Shown here: positions 27,689 to 38,563 of the stretch, one piece after another
Position numbering within the stretch: position 1 is the first letter of the stretch
Layout of the letters: every line of letters begins with the position of its first letter
DNA from: an uncultured Candidatus Rokubacteria bacterium
GTDB lineage: Bacteria; Methylomirabilota; Methylomirabilia; Rokubacteriales; CSP1-6
Assembly: GCA_963758635.1 (NCBI GenBank)
Contig: CAVWWD010000007.1
Location: 352,001-416,000, forward strand
Reading direction: 5' to 3'
Length of the DNA stretch: 64,000 nucleotides
Position numbers and translations under genes: made by a program
The notes under the pieces: model-generated
The model's input: the letters and a program-made list of their open reading frames with translations, nothing else
The model's database searches: none
What the model was told of the DNA's origin: nothing

Positions 27689-28732
27689 TTAGACTCCAGG
27701 CCAGAACGAGAAAAGTCGCTCGACGAACCAGAAGGCTGCCATCGTTCCGATGACGAAGGTCGCAGCCGGACGCATCAGCGCGCTCCAGTGGGCGGGAATC
27801 GGGAGACGCCGCACCAGCCCACGGAGCGTCAACATGGCCGCGATGAAGCCAAGCTGCCCGGCCTCGATGCCCACATTGAAGGCGAAGAGCGCGGGTGGAA
27901 CATCGCCTTGGGGCAAGCCGATATCGGCCAGTGCGCTCGCAAAGCCGAAGCCGTGCAGGAGTCCGAACGCGAACGCCACAAGCCAGGGCCACTGCGCGGT
28001 GAGGCTGCGCTCGCCTCTGCGCTGCCGCGTCATCTCGCACGCGAGCAGGAGGATGCTCAGCGCGATGCTCGCCTCCACCGGTGGGCCCGGTACGTGCACG
28101 ACACCCAGCGCCGACAAGCCCAGCGTGATCGAGTGCGCCAGCGTGAACGCGGTCACCGTCGTCACCAGCTTCCGCACGTTCCGCACGATCAGGATGAGCG
28201 CGAACACGAACAGCAGATGGTCATATCCGAGCAGGATGTGCTCGACGCCGTGCAGGACATAGGCACTCGCCACGGCGATGGCTCCGCGCGCGGTTGGAAT
28301 CACGATCCACGGCTGCGACGGATGGACGAGCGTCGTGGAATGCGCGCCATCGCGTGTTTCGACGCGCACGAGCACGTCAGTGATGGTGCCTTGCAAGCCG
28401 ACGAACTCCATGCGCTTGCCGCCCAAACCGCCGGGCACGGCGATCAACCTGCGTTCGACGACCGAATCGGACAGCTCGTACAAGCCCGGGTTGGTGACGT
28501 TGGTGGCGCCATCGGGTAGCTGCAGCACCACGGGCAGCCGCATGCCGGAGACCACCGGCGTTCGCCACACGACGTCGAAGCGGTCGGGCGCCGTCTCGGT
28601 CAGCGCGAGATACGCCGGACGCGCTTCGTGAGCGTTCGCATGAAGGGCGTCCGCGAGCAGCATCAGGATCACCAGCGCCACCAGCGACAGCATCGCTTCG
28701 AGTGCGCGAACGGGACGCGATCGAGCGTTCAT
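27689..28732 (-). CDS. HupE/UreJ family protein (long form)
   Basis: AHE.RP, GVEHILLGYDHLLF, TAFTLAHSITL, FGLLHGFGFA, FNVGIEAGQ. Confidence 0.9.
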   Translation of the reverse strand: MNARSRPVRALEAMLSLVALVILMLLADALHANAHEARPAYLALTETAPDRFDVVWRTPVVSGMRLPVVLQLPDGATNVTNPGLYELSDSVVERRLIAVPGGLGGKRMEFVGLQGTITDVLVRVETRDGAHSTTLVHPSQPWIVIPTARGAIAVASAYVLHGVEHILLGYDHLLFVFALILIVRNVRKLVTTVTAFTLAHSITLGLSALGVVHVPGPPVEASIALSILLLACEMTRQRRGERSLTAQWPWLVAFAFGLLHGFGFASALADIGLPQGDVPPALFAFNVGIEAGQLGFIAAMLTLRGLVRRLPIPAHWSALMRPAATFVIGTMAAFWFVERLFSFWPGV

Positions 28733-29637
28733 GGCCTCGCAGGAGGAGCCGGCGCGGAGGTCTCGTTGTGCGCGCGGGACAGCGGCGGCAACCGCACCTC
28801 GTAGCGCGCCTTCATCACGTCGAAGGCGCGACGCCGCGCTTCCGACCTTTGATCCTCCATCCACGCCGCCTGGACCTCGGCCACGATCTCGTCGAAGGCT
28901 GGAACGCGACCGGGCGTCGCGGACGTGACGAGCACCAGATGCCAACCGAGGCCCGACTCGATCGGCCCTTGCCACGTGCCGACCGGCAGCTGGCGCACGG
29001 CCCCGGCGAAGCGACTGCCGAAGATGGCTGCCACCTGCTCCGCCGTGCGATCGGCGTAGTGGTCCTGGAACATGAACGCGTCGCCGATGGCCGAGAGCGA
29101 GGGTGCATCGGCGGGCGTACCGCCGAGCCTGACAAGCGCACGCGTGGCGTCCTGCTGCGCACGATCGCCACGGCGGTCCGGGGAAAAGTACAGGTGTCGG
29201 AAGGAACGGCGACCAGGGTCCGCGAACCGCGTGGAATTGCGCGAATACCAGGCGCGGAGCTCCTCGACCGAAGGATTGCGCACGGCCGAAAGGTCGTCGG
29301 CCAGGAACGCCATCTTCTGCGCCAACCGGCGCTTGATGATCGTGTCGCCGCGCTCGAGGCCGAGCGCGAGCGCCTCGCGGTAGAGGATCTCCTCGCGGAC
29401 CCGGCTCTCCACGAGTCCTTGCAGCTCATCCTGCGTCGGCGCCCGATGCCACTGCGCCGTCCACACGATCTCGAGTTGCCGCACGTCGGCGGCGGTCAGC
29501 TCGATGCGGTTGCCCTCGACCTTGGCCGGCCGCTCGGGATGGACGAGCCGGTAGCCCGCGAACAGCAACGCGCCAACCACGATGAATTGCAACAGCGGCT
29601 CGCCCAGCGCGCGCCTCAGCACGGACATCGCGCGCAC
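28729..29637 (-). CDS. parvulin-type peptidyl-prolyl isomerase (Rotamase_2-like)
   Basis: EPLLQF, REEILYREALALGL..GD.II.RRL.QK, W.GPIESG.G.HLV. Confidence 0.85.
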   Translation of the reverse strand: MRAMSVLRRALGEPLLQFIVVGALLFAGYRLVHPERPAKVEGNRIELTAADVRQLEIVWTAQWHRAPTQDELQGLVESRVREEILYREALALGLERGDTIIKRRLAQKMAFLADDLSAVRNPSVEELRAWYSRNSTRFADPGRRSFRHLYFSPDRRGDRAQQDATRALVRLGGTPADAPSLSAIGDAFMFQDHYADRTAEQVAAIFGSRFAGAVRQLPVGTWQGPIESGLGWHLVLVTSATPGRVPAFDEIVAEVQAAWMEDQRSEARRRAFDVMKARYEVRLPPLSRAHNETSAPAPPARP

Positions 29638-31914
29638 TCATTCAACGTCGTAGTTGGCGTACCCGAACTCGTTACTGCGGGCCGCGACGTACTTGTCGCC
29701 CACCTTGTAGAGAGTCACCTCGAACGGTGCGCCCGCGATCGTCGTCACGATCTTGCCACCGCGGATCTCGTACTGCGCCGGCGACCCGAGCTCGCCGCTG
29801 TGTAGCACATCGCCGATCTGACCGGCGCGCGGCTGCTTGCCGTCGACACTGAGGATAAGGCGCCGCCCGTCGGATCCGTAGAGGATCTCGAAGCGCTGCC
29901 CCGTCACCGTGTTCCGGATCTTGAACGTCTTTCCGACGATCAATTGCTTCAATTGCGCGTCATCGAGCGCGGCGGCGCCCTGTTGCTTCAACTCGGCAAC
30001 CGTCGTCCCAGGCTTCGCGGCTTTGCGCGCTTCGTCGCTGGGCGAATACCAGATCGGAGACGTCCAAGCACGATCCTGAACCGCCGCTGGAACGTTGGCC
30101 GGCGGCGGGACACCGAGCTTTTTCGCGTCGTACGTCGTCCAGCGCGGCGTCGGAATCTGCAGAACCCGGGCATAGTAGAACGCGAACTGGCTCGGATCGA
30201 ACTCGGGGTCGGTCCAGACTGTCTTCAACTCAACGGCGCCGATCGTGTTCGAATACGTCGCGTTCTTGATATCTACCGTGTTGGCCACCGGCGGCAGCTC
30301 GGCCTCGCCGCGCCGAACTCGGGTGTCGGATATTCTGGCGCCGCCCTTGACCGCGCGATTGCCGGACCAGGCGACGTTGTAGATCTTCTCGAAAATCTGG
30401 CCGTTGCGGGTCCATCCCTTGACGATCTGAATCCGGTCGAGATTCGCGTCGTCGGGGTCCTTGACGGCCTGTACGATGAACGTCGGCGCCTTCGATTTAG
30501 CCGCCGGCAGATCGCCGCCCATCGGAACGCCGTTCGCGTACCCGGTCCTGACCCAATCCTTGCGTTGCAGGACGCCGGGCGCGAAGTCCCAGCCGCCGAA
30601 GAAGCGCACTTTGATGCGCACGCCGCTGGTCGCGAATGTCTCCTTGCGCTGCATGGCGGCGAAGATGGCCTCGCGTGTGTTCTCCTCGGCCCACACTCCG
30701 CCCAATCCGGACGTGGCAAACCTGTCCGACGCCATACCGGCATGCTTCTCGCCGCTGAGTCGGCCTTGCGGCGTGGCATCGAGCAGGGCGTGCCCGCCGA
30801 AGAAGTTCGATTGCGTATACGCCATCGCGGTGGCGTGCGTGTCGCTCGCGCCCACGAGGCCGAACCTGTACGGGTTGTAGCCGCGCGCGTCCTGCATCGC
30901 CAGCCCGTTCTGGTACGCCTCGCGAATGTAGCTGCCATGCAGCCGGGGCGCACGGTCGATGCCGCCCAGCAGATATTCCAGGATCTCGTGCCGGGCGAAC
31001 TCGTCGTTGGGCGACAGCGCCGGATGCGTTTCCGATGCGCCCTTGAGCTGCTGCATCTCGGACAGCGGCTCGTTGTTCACCCGGGATTGCGCCCACGCGG
31101 CATCGATCGGCCGGCCCTTGCCGTCGACTTCCAGCGGAAACATCACGCCATCGGAGAGGTTCGCGTTATGCGAAATAGCGAGCAGCTCGTTCCCGGCCTT
31201 GCGCTGGGCATCCATCCAGGACCACAGATCCTCCGGGTGCGTGGAGTCGATCGCGGTAAACGGCACTGTCGGAATCTTCTTCGAATCCTTGAAGATCACG
31301 TTGCGGTGCAGGTTGCGATTGTCGGGCGTCGAACTCCATTCGTACGCAGCGAAGGTGGTGAACTTTCCGGGTTTGTAGAACTTGTCGGCAATGTCGGCGA
31401 CCCGCCTCCAGACAGAGCCTGCGACCTCGGGGTTTACGAGCTCCTTGATCGGTTCGTTCTTGAGGATGGTAGTGGCGAGGAAGAGATAGACCTTCTGGAT
31501 ATCGTCCTTGCTCTTGACGGTCAGCTGTCGTGCGATCGGCAGCTTGCTCAAGTCCGACTGTGGATCGTTGGCGAGACGGACGGTGCCCATGTATTCCGAG
31601 TGATCCGTGACGGCCGCGAAATCGAGCGGACGCTTCAGCTGCACCATGTAGCCCGCGGGATGGCGGATCGGCTTGCCCAAGGCGAACTGGTACGCGTCCT
31701 CGGGACCGGTCAGCGTGTTCCCGAAGACGTACGCATCGAACGACCAGCTCGTATGGATGTGTGTCTCGCCGAAGAACACGTCGCGTAGCGGGTTCCCTTG
31801 CGCGCAGGCCAGCATCGGCGAAGCACATACGCTCGCTCCTACCAATGCAATGACGAGTCGTCGCAGCGCGACACGATGTGCGCCGCCGGCAGCCGAAAGG
31901 TTCCTGTCGATCAT
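29638..31914 (-). CDS. DUF3604 domain protein (PHP-like putative metallohydrolase)
   Basis: FFGETHIHTSWSFDA, PLDFAAVTDH.E, YEWS, NLHRNV, ISHN.N.S.G, G.SDTH, R.WTSPIWY. Confidence 0.88.
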   Translation of the reverse strand: MIDRNLSAAGGAHRVALRRLVIALVGASVCASPMLACAQGNPLRDVFFGETHIHTSWSFDAYVFGNTLTGPEDAYQFALGKPIRHPAGYMVQLKRPLDFAAVTDHSEYMGTVRLANDPQSDLSKLPIARQLTVKSKDDIQKVYLFLATTILKNEPIKELVNPEVAGSVWRRVADIADKFYKPGKFTTFAAYEWSSTPDNRNLHRNVIFKDSKKIPTVPFTAIDSTHPEDLWSWMDAQRKAGNELLAISHNANLSDGVMFPLEVDGKGRPIDAAWAQSRVNNEPLSEMQQLKGASETHPALSPNDEFARHEILEYLLGGIDRAPRLHGSYIREAYQNGLAMQDARGYNPYRFGLVGASDTHATAMAYTQSNFFGGHALLDATPQGRLSGEKHAGMASDRFATSGLGGVWAEENTREAIFAAMQRKETFATSGVRIKVRFFGGWDFAPGVLQRKDWVRTGYANGVPMGGDLPAAKSKAPTFIVQAVKDPDDANLDRIQIVKGWTRNGQIFEKIYNVAWSGNRAVKGGARISDTRVRRGEAELPPVANTVDIKNATYSNTIGAVELKTVWTDPEFDPSQFAFYYARVLQIPTPRWTTYDAKKLGVPPPANVPAAVQDRAWTSPIWYSPSDEARKAAKPGTTVAELKQQGAAALDDAQLKQLIVGKTFKIRNTVTGQRFEILYGSDGRRLILSVDGKQPRAGQIGDVLHSGELGSPAQYEIRGGKIVTTIAGAPFEVTLYKVGDKYVAARSNEFGYANYDVE

Positions 31915-31989
31915 CCTTGCCCTCCACTTGAAGAACACCGGCGACACTGCTGCAGGCCGCGCATGCGATCTACGAGACGATGACGCGGG

Positions 31990-32110
31990 GCCAAGGGCCC
32001 GTTCCCGCCCGGACATGGACGGCAAGATCGTCTACAATATCCCGCCGGCCGTCAAGGCCTCGATCGACGAGATCGTGAAGACGTTCGTGGAGACGCTGAT
32101 CCTCATGCTT
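31990..32110 (+). pseudogene. internal scrap of an AcrB-like RND permease
   Basis: (AK.RFP)PDMDGKIVYNIPPAVKASIDEIVKTFVETLILML resembles the segment preceding TM2 of HAE1 pumps. Confidence 0.55.
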
Positions 32111-32207
32111 CTCCACGCTGTCGCGCGCGCGGTGCGTTCGTGTCGCTCCGGCAGACCGACCGTGGTGCCGAGTCGAGATCGAGCAGTGCGACATCGGGCT
32201 CGCGCGC

Positions 32208-33434
32208 TCAGGCGTTCGTGTCGGCCTCGTCGGGCATCCGCCCGACTAAGGCTACCCCCAGGCAGAACAGCAGGATGCTCGTCACGATCAGGGAGAAGAT
32301 CGCCGGAGGGAACTCGGGACCGGCGATGCCGTAGTGCACGGGGAGTGCCGAGAGGACCCCTGCCGCCAGCCCGCGTGGAACCGCGACAGTCAGAAGCCAG
32401 GATTGCTTTCTCGATAGACCCAGGCCGAGCGTCGCCAGCCCGACAGCAGGGATGCGTGCCGCCACCAGGAGCAGCGCAGGGACGGCGCCGAGCAGAATCA
32501 GTCGGGGTGAGGTCGGGAACATCAGGCCGATCAGCACGAAGAAGAACGACTTGATGAAGAAGCTCATCTGGTCCTGCATGGTGCGAGCGCTCTGGTCGTT
32601 CACGAACGCCTGCGCGTCTGCACCGGGGATGAGCCGAGGCACGAGCGATGAGGCGTTGCCTAGCAGGAGCGCGGAGGTGAGCACGGCCATGGCTCCACTG
32701 CCATTGAGGTGGGAGGTCACCCCGTACACGAGCAGCATGGCGGCGAGGAAGGCGGTGTAGGCATGCGGATTGTTCCGGAGAGCCGGCACCACGGGAAGCA
32801 ACGCCGCCGCCCCGAGCGCGCCCACGCCTACGCCGACCCCGAGCTCTCTTGCCAGCGCAAGCAGTGGTCGCGATAGGGAGACGCCCCCGGTGACGAGCAG
32901 GTCGACCAACACCATGGTCAACACGACCGACAGAGCATCGGTGGAGGCGGACTCGACCTCGAGCAGCCTGGCCACCCGTGGGTTGACCTTCCCGCCCGCG
33001 GTGGTGGGCATGATGATCAGGGAGCAGACTCCGCCAACGATCGTCCCAGCGATCAGCCACGCCAGCAACGGAGCAGGCCTCACAAACCCCATCGCGGTGA
33101 CCAGCCAGAGCCACAGGCAGACGGCGGTGACGGAGAAGCCGAATCCCGCCAGGCCCAGGAGCAGCCCTCGTGGTCCGGCGGCGGCCACGTCCGCCAGCCG
33201 CAACCGCGAGGCGCCGCCGGAGAGGATAATGGTCAGCGCGACGGCGCCGAACAGCGGCACGGCCGGCTGGAGGAGAGTCGGGGAGACGAACTCGAACACG
33301 GGCCCGGCCAGGACTCCGGCACTCACCAGCCAGAGAACGTCCGGAATGCCCGTACGCGAGAAGACGAACTCCCCCATCGCCCCCAGCAGCAGGACGACCG
33401 CCACGATCTCCAACACCTGGGCGATTGAGTCCAT
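32208..33434 (-). CDS. CPA1/NhaP-like cation:proton antiporter
   Basis: Many TM helices, GIPDVL, ES..TD, FFFVLIG, PRGLAA.VL. Confidence 0.85.
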   Translation of the reverse strand: MDSIAQVLEIVAVVLLLGAMGEFVFSRTGIPDVLWLVSAGVLAGPVFEFVSPTLLQPAVPLFGAVALTIILSGGASRLRLADVAAAGPRGLLLGLAGFGFSVTAVCLWLWLVTAMGFVRPAPLLAWLIAGTIVGGVCSLIIMPTTAGGKVNPRVARLLEVESASTDALSVVLTMVLVDLLVTGGVSLSRPLLALARELGVGVGVGALGAAALLPVVPALRNNPHAYTAFLAAMLLVYGVTSHLNGSGAMAVLTSALLLGNASSLVPRLIPGADAQAFVNDQSARTMQDQMSFFIKSFFFVLIGLMFPTSPRLILLGAVPALLLVAARIPAVGLATLGLGLSRKQSWLLTVAVPRGLAAGVLSALPVHYGIAGPEFPPAIFSLIVTSILLFCLGVALVGRMPDEADTNA

Positions 33435-33564
33435 TGCCCCCTCAATCGAGCTGGTTTCCCGGCACAAGGGTTGCGGATTCACGGGGCTGCACCCGCATCA
33501 TGGTCGTGAAGCCGGCTCCGTTGTCAATGGACGCGGTAGCGAAACCAGGCCCGAGGCTTCCTTG

Positions 33565-34200
33565 CGTGAGACGGCCGAGGACGAGTTCGCGGCGCGTGAC
33601 CTCGCGGCGTACGCCGTGTTCCTGCGCCAGACGCCGTGGTACGCGTATCCGTTCGGCCCGCGCGTGGCGGCGTTCTGGCGCGAGACGCCCTGGCGCGGCG
33701 GGGACCTGCTCCGGAAGCTGGAGCGGCGCGTCGTGTTCACCCTGGAGTACGGGACGAAGGCGATCTACGGCTGGCTGATCGGCCAGGCCTCGGCGAGCGC
33801 GCTGGGGCTGGCGGACCAGGAGATCCGGACGGTGGTCGTCGGGCTCCAGGCGTCCGACGTCGCGCGCGACCCGCGGATCAAGGTGGTGCGCGAGCTCGGG
33901 GCGGGGAGGACCCTCGTCGTGACGCCGCGGTACCGGGCCTACACGGAGGTGGTGGTCGGCCTCGCCCGGCGCGGCAGGGATCTCGCGGAGATCGCGGGGA
34001 ACCGGCGCATTCTCATGACCGTCCAGACGCCGTCGGCTCTCCCGGCAGTGCCGGGCGCGCAAGAGATGTTCGCCGTGCCCATGCAGTCCGGGGCCAGGCA
34101 TCGTCGCGTCGGCCTCGACGTGCCCGTGGCAGACCTCGCCTCGGCGATCCGCAGCCTGGAGGCCGCCAAGGTGACCGTGGAGCACCTCTATGACTACTGA
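33565..34200 (+). pseudogene. N-terminally truncated conserved hypothetical gene
   Basis: Coding-like 3' part (TPWYAYPF...ERR..FTLEYG.KAIY...EIAGN...EHLYDY) with no start or RBS; abuts the island edge. Confidence 0.55.
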
Positions 34201-35917
34201 CCGGCGCTCGGCCCCGGAGCGCGTGCCCTCCGTCTCGCCGGGCCGCGGCGGGCACGCAGCCCGCGCCCGCGGCACGCTGTTGGCGCTGCTCGCCGCGCTG
34301 TCCGCCGCCGGCTGCTCCACGGCCGTGCCAGCGGCTACCGAGCCCGTACACGTGAAAGTACTCGCCATCAACGACTTTCACGGCAACCTGAAGCCGACTC
34401 CGGGCATCCGCATCAAGGACCCCGCGGACCCGAGCCGGACCACCCTGGTCGCGGCCGGCGGCAGCGAGCATCTCGCGACGCTGCTCGGAGAGCTCCGGGC
34501 GAAGAACCCCAACCACATCTTCGTCGCCGCGGGCGACCTGGTGGGCGCCACGCCGCTCCTGTCGGCCCTCTTCCGCGACGAGCCCACTATCGAATCGCTG
34601 AGCCTGATGGGGCTCGAGGCCAGCGCCGTCGGCAACCACGAGTTCGACAGGGGCACCCAGGAGCTGCTGCGTCTGCAGCAGGGGGGCTGTGACGCTCCCG
34701 GGGCGTGCAAGGGCCCCGCCCCGTTCACCGGGGCGCGGTTCACGTACCTGGCCGCCAGCACCGTGGTCACCGCGACGGGTCGGACACTGCTCCCCGCCTA
34801 CCACGTGAAGCGGTTTCAAGGCATCCCGGTCGCGTTCGTCGGCCTGACGCTCAAGGCCACGCCGCACGATCGTGGTGCCGGACGGTGTGCGCGGTCTCGA
34901 GCTTCCGCGACGAGGCGGAGACCGTCAACGCGCTGGTGCCCGAGCTCCGGCGGCAGGGTATCGAGGCGATCGTGGTGCTCATCCACGAGGGCGGCCGGCA
35001 GGAGGGGGACTTCAACGAGTGCCAGGGGATCAGCGGGCCCATCGTCGACATCGTGCGGAAGCTGGACAAGGCCGTCGACGTTGTGGTGAGTGGACACACG
35101 CACCGCGCCTACAACTGCCGGATCGACGGCCGTCTCGTGACCAGCGCCGACCGGTACGGGACCGTGGTGTCGGAGATCGACCTCGTGCTGGACCCGAGGA
35201 CCCGCGACGTCGTCAGCGCACGGGCACGACAACGTGATCGTGCGGACGACCCTCGCGAAGGATCCCGCGCAGACCGCGCTGATCACCAACTACGAGCGGC
35301 AGGCCGCGCCGCTGGCGCGCCGCGTGGTGGGCTCCGTCGCCGAGCCGCTGTCGAGCGCCGCGGCGCCAAACGGCGAGAGCGTGCTCAGCCAGGTGATCGC
35401 CGACGCCCAGCTCAGCGCCACCCGCGCGCTCGGCGCGCAGGTGGCGCTGATGAACCCCGGCGGCATCCGCGCCGATCTGGGCCGGACCGGCGACGGGGAG
35501 GTCCGCTACGAGGAGCTGTTCGCGGTGCAGCCCTTCTCCAACCACCTGGTGACGATGACGCTCAGCGGGGCGCAGCTCATCGCCCTCCTCGAGCAGCAAT
35601 GGGTGAATCAGCCTTCCGGCGGCCGCGTGCTGGGCATCTCGCGAGGGTTCAGCTATGCGTGGGACGCGCAGCAGCCGGCAGGCCGGCGTATCGTGCCCGG
35701 GAGCGTGATTCTCGACGGCCGGCCGGTTGCCGCCGATGCCCGGGTGCAGGTCACGGTGAACGGCTTCCTGGCCGGAGGCGGTGACAACTTCTCGGTTCTC
35801 ACCGAGGGCAGGGATCGGCAGACCAGCATGGTGGACCTGGAGGCGCTGGAGGCTTACCTGAAGGCGCATCCCCGCCTGGCTCCAGGGACGCTGGACCGTG
35901 TCAGGAGACTGAATTGA
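34190..35917 (+). CDS. bifunctional 5'-nucleotidase/UDP-sugar hydrolase lipoprotein, frameshifts near 34865 and 35225
   Basis: INDFHG, AGD, GNHEFD, HEG, GHTH, MNPGGIR, QPF.N, GGD.F spread over three ORFs. Confidence 0.88.
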
Positions 35918-36182
35918 GCTCTTCTTCCCGCTCGAGCACCGCCCGTACTACGTGCCGCTCGCCCTGCCCGGGGACGACGTCACGCCCGAGCGGTTCGTGT
36001 GCTTTCGCTTCGACGGGGCGCGGGGCCTCTACATCCATCCGAACGTCTGGCACGAAGGCGTGTTCGGCCTGCACGGCACGCAGCGCTTCTTCGACAAGCA
36101 GGGCGCCGTGCACGCGCGCGTCTCGGTGGACTTCCCGCGAGAGTTCGGATGCCTCCTGGAGGCGCCGATCCCCGCGGTCTGA
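35914..36182 (+). pseudogene. C-terminal fragment of a ureidoglycolate lyase-like (cupin) protein
   Basis: LFFPL...LALPGDDV.PE.FV.F..DG..GLYIHPNVWH; N-terminus absent. Confidence 0.55.
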
Positions 36183-36195
36183 GGGCCCTGGCGCT

Positions 36196-37197
36196 TCAGG
36201 AGCCCGCGGGGGCGGGCGACACCGGGTAGGGGCCGCCGGCGAACGTCCGGGGATGGTAGCCCTTCGAACCGACGGCGCGCGCCAGCGGGCTCCGCGGGTC
36301 GGCGTTCGCTTTCAGCCGGTCCAGCACGGTCCGGAAGTCGTGGCGCGGGCGCCAGCCGAGATCCCTTCGGGCCCGCTCGTTCACGTACACGCGGTCGATG
36401 CCGGGGAACATCCGCCAGCCCCGCCGGGCGTACTCCGCCTCGTAGTCGGGGACGCGTCTGGCAAGGACCGCGGGCGCGTGCCCGCGGAGCTCGGCCAGGT
36501 CCTCCGTCGCGAACGGGGTGGTCGCGCTGACGATGTAGCGGCCGAACCCGATGGCCGGCGCTCGCTCGAGGGCCAGGACGTGCGCGGCCACGACGTCCTC
36601 CAGGTCCACGCGCCGGTTGAGGTACTCGTTGGCCTTCACGTTGTCGTCCGCGTAGGCCTCCCGGATCTCCCGGTCGTCGTCGGCTTCTGGAAAGAAGCGG
36701 GAGGTCCGGAGGACGAGGCACGGCAGCCCGTGATCCCGATGGAACAGCTCGCACAGATCCTCGGCTGCCGCCTTCGTCACGCCGTAGATGTTCCGAGGGA
36801 CCGGACGCACGTCCTCGGTGACCCACGCCGCGGGCGCTCCCGCCGCCGGGCGGAGCGCCCCGCCGAAGACGCTGGTCGTGCTCGTGAAGACGAACGCGCC
36901 GACGCCCGCCGCGACCGCTTCCTCCAGGAGGCGTAGCGTGCCCGCAACGTTGGTGGCGACGAAGTCCTCCCTGGCGTGGGTGGCCACGTGGGGCTTGTGC
37001 AGCGTGGCCGTGTGGAGGACGGCGCCCACGCCGTGCATGCCGCGCCGCACGTCCGATCGGATGCTGATGGATCCGATCGTGCTCGTGAAGGGGGAGGGCG
37101 CGACGTCCAGGCCGACGACATCGTGGCGCGCCTCGCGCAGGGTGCGGACCAGCGCCTCGCCGAGATGCCCCGAGCTCCCCGTGACCAGGATCCGCAT
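36196..37197 (-). CDS. NAD-dependent epimerase/dehydratase
   Basis: ILVTGSSGHLG, TST, YGVTK. Confidence 0.92.
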   Translation of the reverse strand: MRILVTGSSGHLGEALVRTLREARHDVVGLDVAPSPFTSTIGSISIRSDVRRGMHGVGAVLHTATLHKPHVATHAREDFVATNVAGTLRLLEEAVAAGVGAFVFTSTTSVFGGALRPAAGAPAAWVTEDVRPVPRNIYGVTKAAAEDLCELFHRDHGLPCLVLRTSRFFPEADDDREIREAYADDNVKANEYLNRRVDLEDVVAAHVLALERAPAIGFGRYIVSATTPFATEDLAELRGHAPAVLARRVPDYEAEYARRGWRMFPGIDRVYVNERARRDLGWRPRHDFRTVLDRLKANADPRSPLARAVGSKGYHPRTFAGGPYPVSPAPAGS

Positions 37198-37347
37198 GAT
37201 GGTTCCACGGCCTGAAGCCACGATGGATGCAAGGGCGCGCGGGCGCAAGCGCGGGGACGATCCGCGCCGCTGGGGGCTCGGACAGCGTGAGCGGGCGGGG
37301 TCACGAAGATCGCGGTCCGCGCGCATCCCGCGATCTAGAATTCTCGG

Positions 37348-37971
37348 GTGCTGGGGCGTCCGCGTGAGATCGGTCTGGCGGCCGTCGTCGTCGGCCTGGT
37401 CCTGGCCGGCTGCGGCCGCGGCGCGCCCGCGCCCACCGTGACCCGGATCGCCACGCTCGAGCCGGTCAACTCCGCGGGGGGCTTCGTCGACACCCTCGCG
37501 CTCGCGCCGGACGCGTCGCTGGTGGCCACGGGCGAGCGCGGCGGGCAGATCCGTGTCTGGCCCACGAACGGTGACGCCGCGCCGGCGCCGCTCGGCGGCT
37601 ACCGGCAGGCCGTCGCCGGCCTCGCCTTCTCTCCCGACGGCCGCCTGCTCGCCTCGCTTGGACGCCACCGCGAGAGCGCGCTCAGGCTGTGGCGCGCCCC
37701 GGATCACACGGGTCCCGCGGCGTGGACGGAGGCGGCGTCTCTGCCCGTGGGCCGCTGCCTGGGGCTTCGCTTCGATGCGTCCGGGGCCCGCCTGGCGGTG
37801 CTGTGCGAGAGCGAGGTGCTGATCGTGGACGTGGCGTCCGCGCGGGACGTGTTGCACCTGCCGAACCCGCACCGCGAGGCGCTGACCGCCTTCGATCTCT
37901 CGGCCGACGGTCAACGGCTCCTGGTGGCAAGCCACGACGGCGACCTGACGGTGCTCGCTCGTGTAGCGTGA
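37348..37971 (+). CDS. WD40-like repeat lipoprotein (possibly truncated)
   Basis: Lipobox LAGC; LAFSPDGRLLAS...LRLW; LSADGQRLLVASHDG. Confidence 0.7.
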   Translation: MLGRPREIGLAAVVVGLVLAGCGRGAPAPTVTRIATLEPVNSAGGFVDTLALAPDASLVATGERGGQIRVWPTNGDAAPAPLGGYRQAVAGLAFSPDGRLLASLGRHRESALRLWRAPDHTGPAAWTEAASLPVGRCLGLRFDASGARLAVLCESEVLIVDVASARDVLHLPNPHREALTAFDLSADGQRLLVASHDGDLTVLARVA

Positions 37972-38018
37972 GAGTGAGCGTCACGCATCACCACACACGA
38001 ACGCACAGGAGAGCGGCC

Positions 38019-38504
38019 ATGATGAACGCAGAGCCTCAGAGGGAACACAAGTGGCTGGAGAAGCTCGTGGGCGAGTGGACGTACGAGACGGAGGGCGTGA
38101 TGGAGCCGGGCAAGCCCGCCGAGAGGTGCGGGGGCACGGAGCGCGTGCGGTCGCTCGGGAGCCTCTGGATCGTCGCCGAGGGACAGGGAGAGATGCCGGG
38201 CGGCGAGGCGGCCACCATGCTCATGACGCTCGGCTTCGACCCGGACAAGAAGCGCTTCGTCGGCACCTGGGTCGGGTCGATGATGACCCACATGTTCGTC
38301 TACGACGGCGCCCTCGATCCGGCCGAGCGCGTACTCGTGCTGGAGTCCGACGGCCCCTCGATGGCCGGCGACGGGACGATGGCCCGATACCGCGACGCCA
38401 TCTCGATCGAGAGCGACGACCACCGCGTGCTGACCTCGAGCGTGCGGGCCCCGGACGGCACGTGGCAGCCGTTCATGACCGCGCACTACCGGCGGAAGAA
38501 GTGA
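38019..38504 (+). CDS. DUF1579 family protein
   Basis: EH.WLEKLVGEW, LGFDP.K.RFVGTWV.SM, YRD.I. Confidence 0.8.
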   Translation: MMNAEPQREHKWLEKLVGEWTYETEGVMEPGKPAERCGGTERVRSLGSLWIVAEGQGEMPGGEAATMLMTLGFDPDKKRFVGTWVGSMMTHMFVYDGALDPAERVLVLESDGPSMAGDGTMARYRDAISIESDDHRVLTSSVRAPDGTWQPFMTAHYRRKK

Positions 38505-38563
38505 CCGCCGAGGCGGTCGCGGCAGCCGGTCGGCTCCCGGGCCTCGCGGCGCCGCGGGGCTCA

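Larger units (their letters stand above)
12599..33560. mobile_element. decayed tRNA-Gly-anchored genomic island (right boundary approximate)
   Basis: Integrase remnant next to the tRNA 3' end, several gene scraps, visibly more A/T-ending codons (especially 22-23 kb and 26-33.5 kb), N-terminally truncated gene at about 33565. Confidence 0.6.

Noticed and set aside
34860..35230. Programmed ribosomal frameshifting in the 5'-nucleotidase, aspD, aspT and other genes
   Set aside because: No slippery heptamers or stimulatory structures seen, and the breaks are too widespread; sequencing indels are more parsimonious
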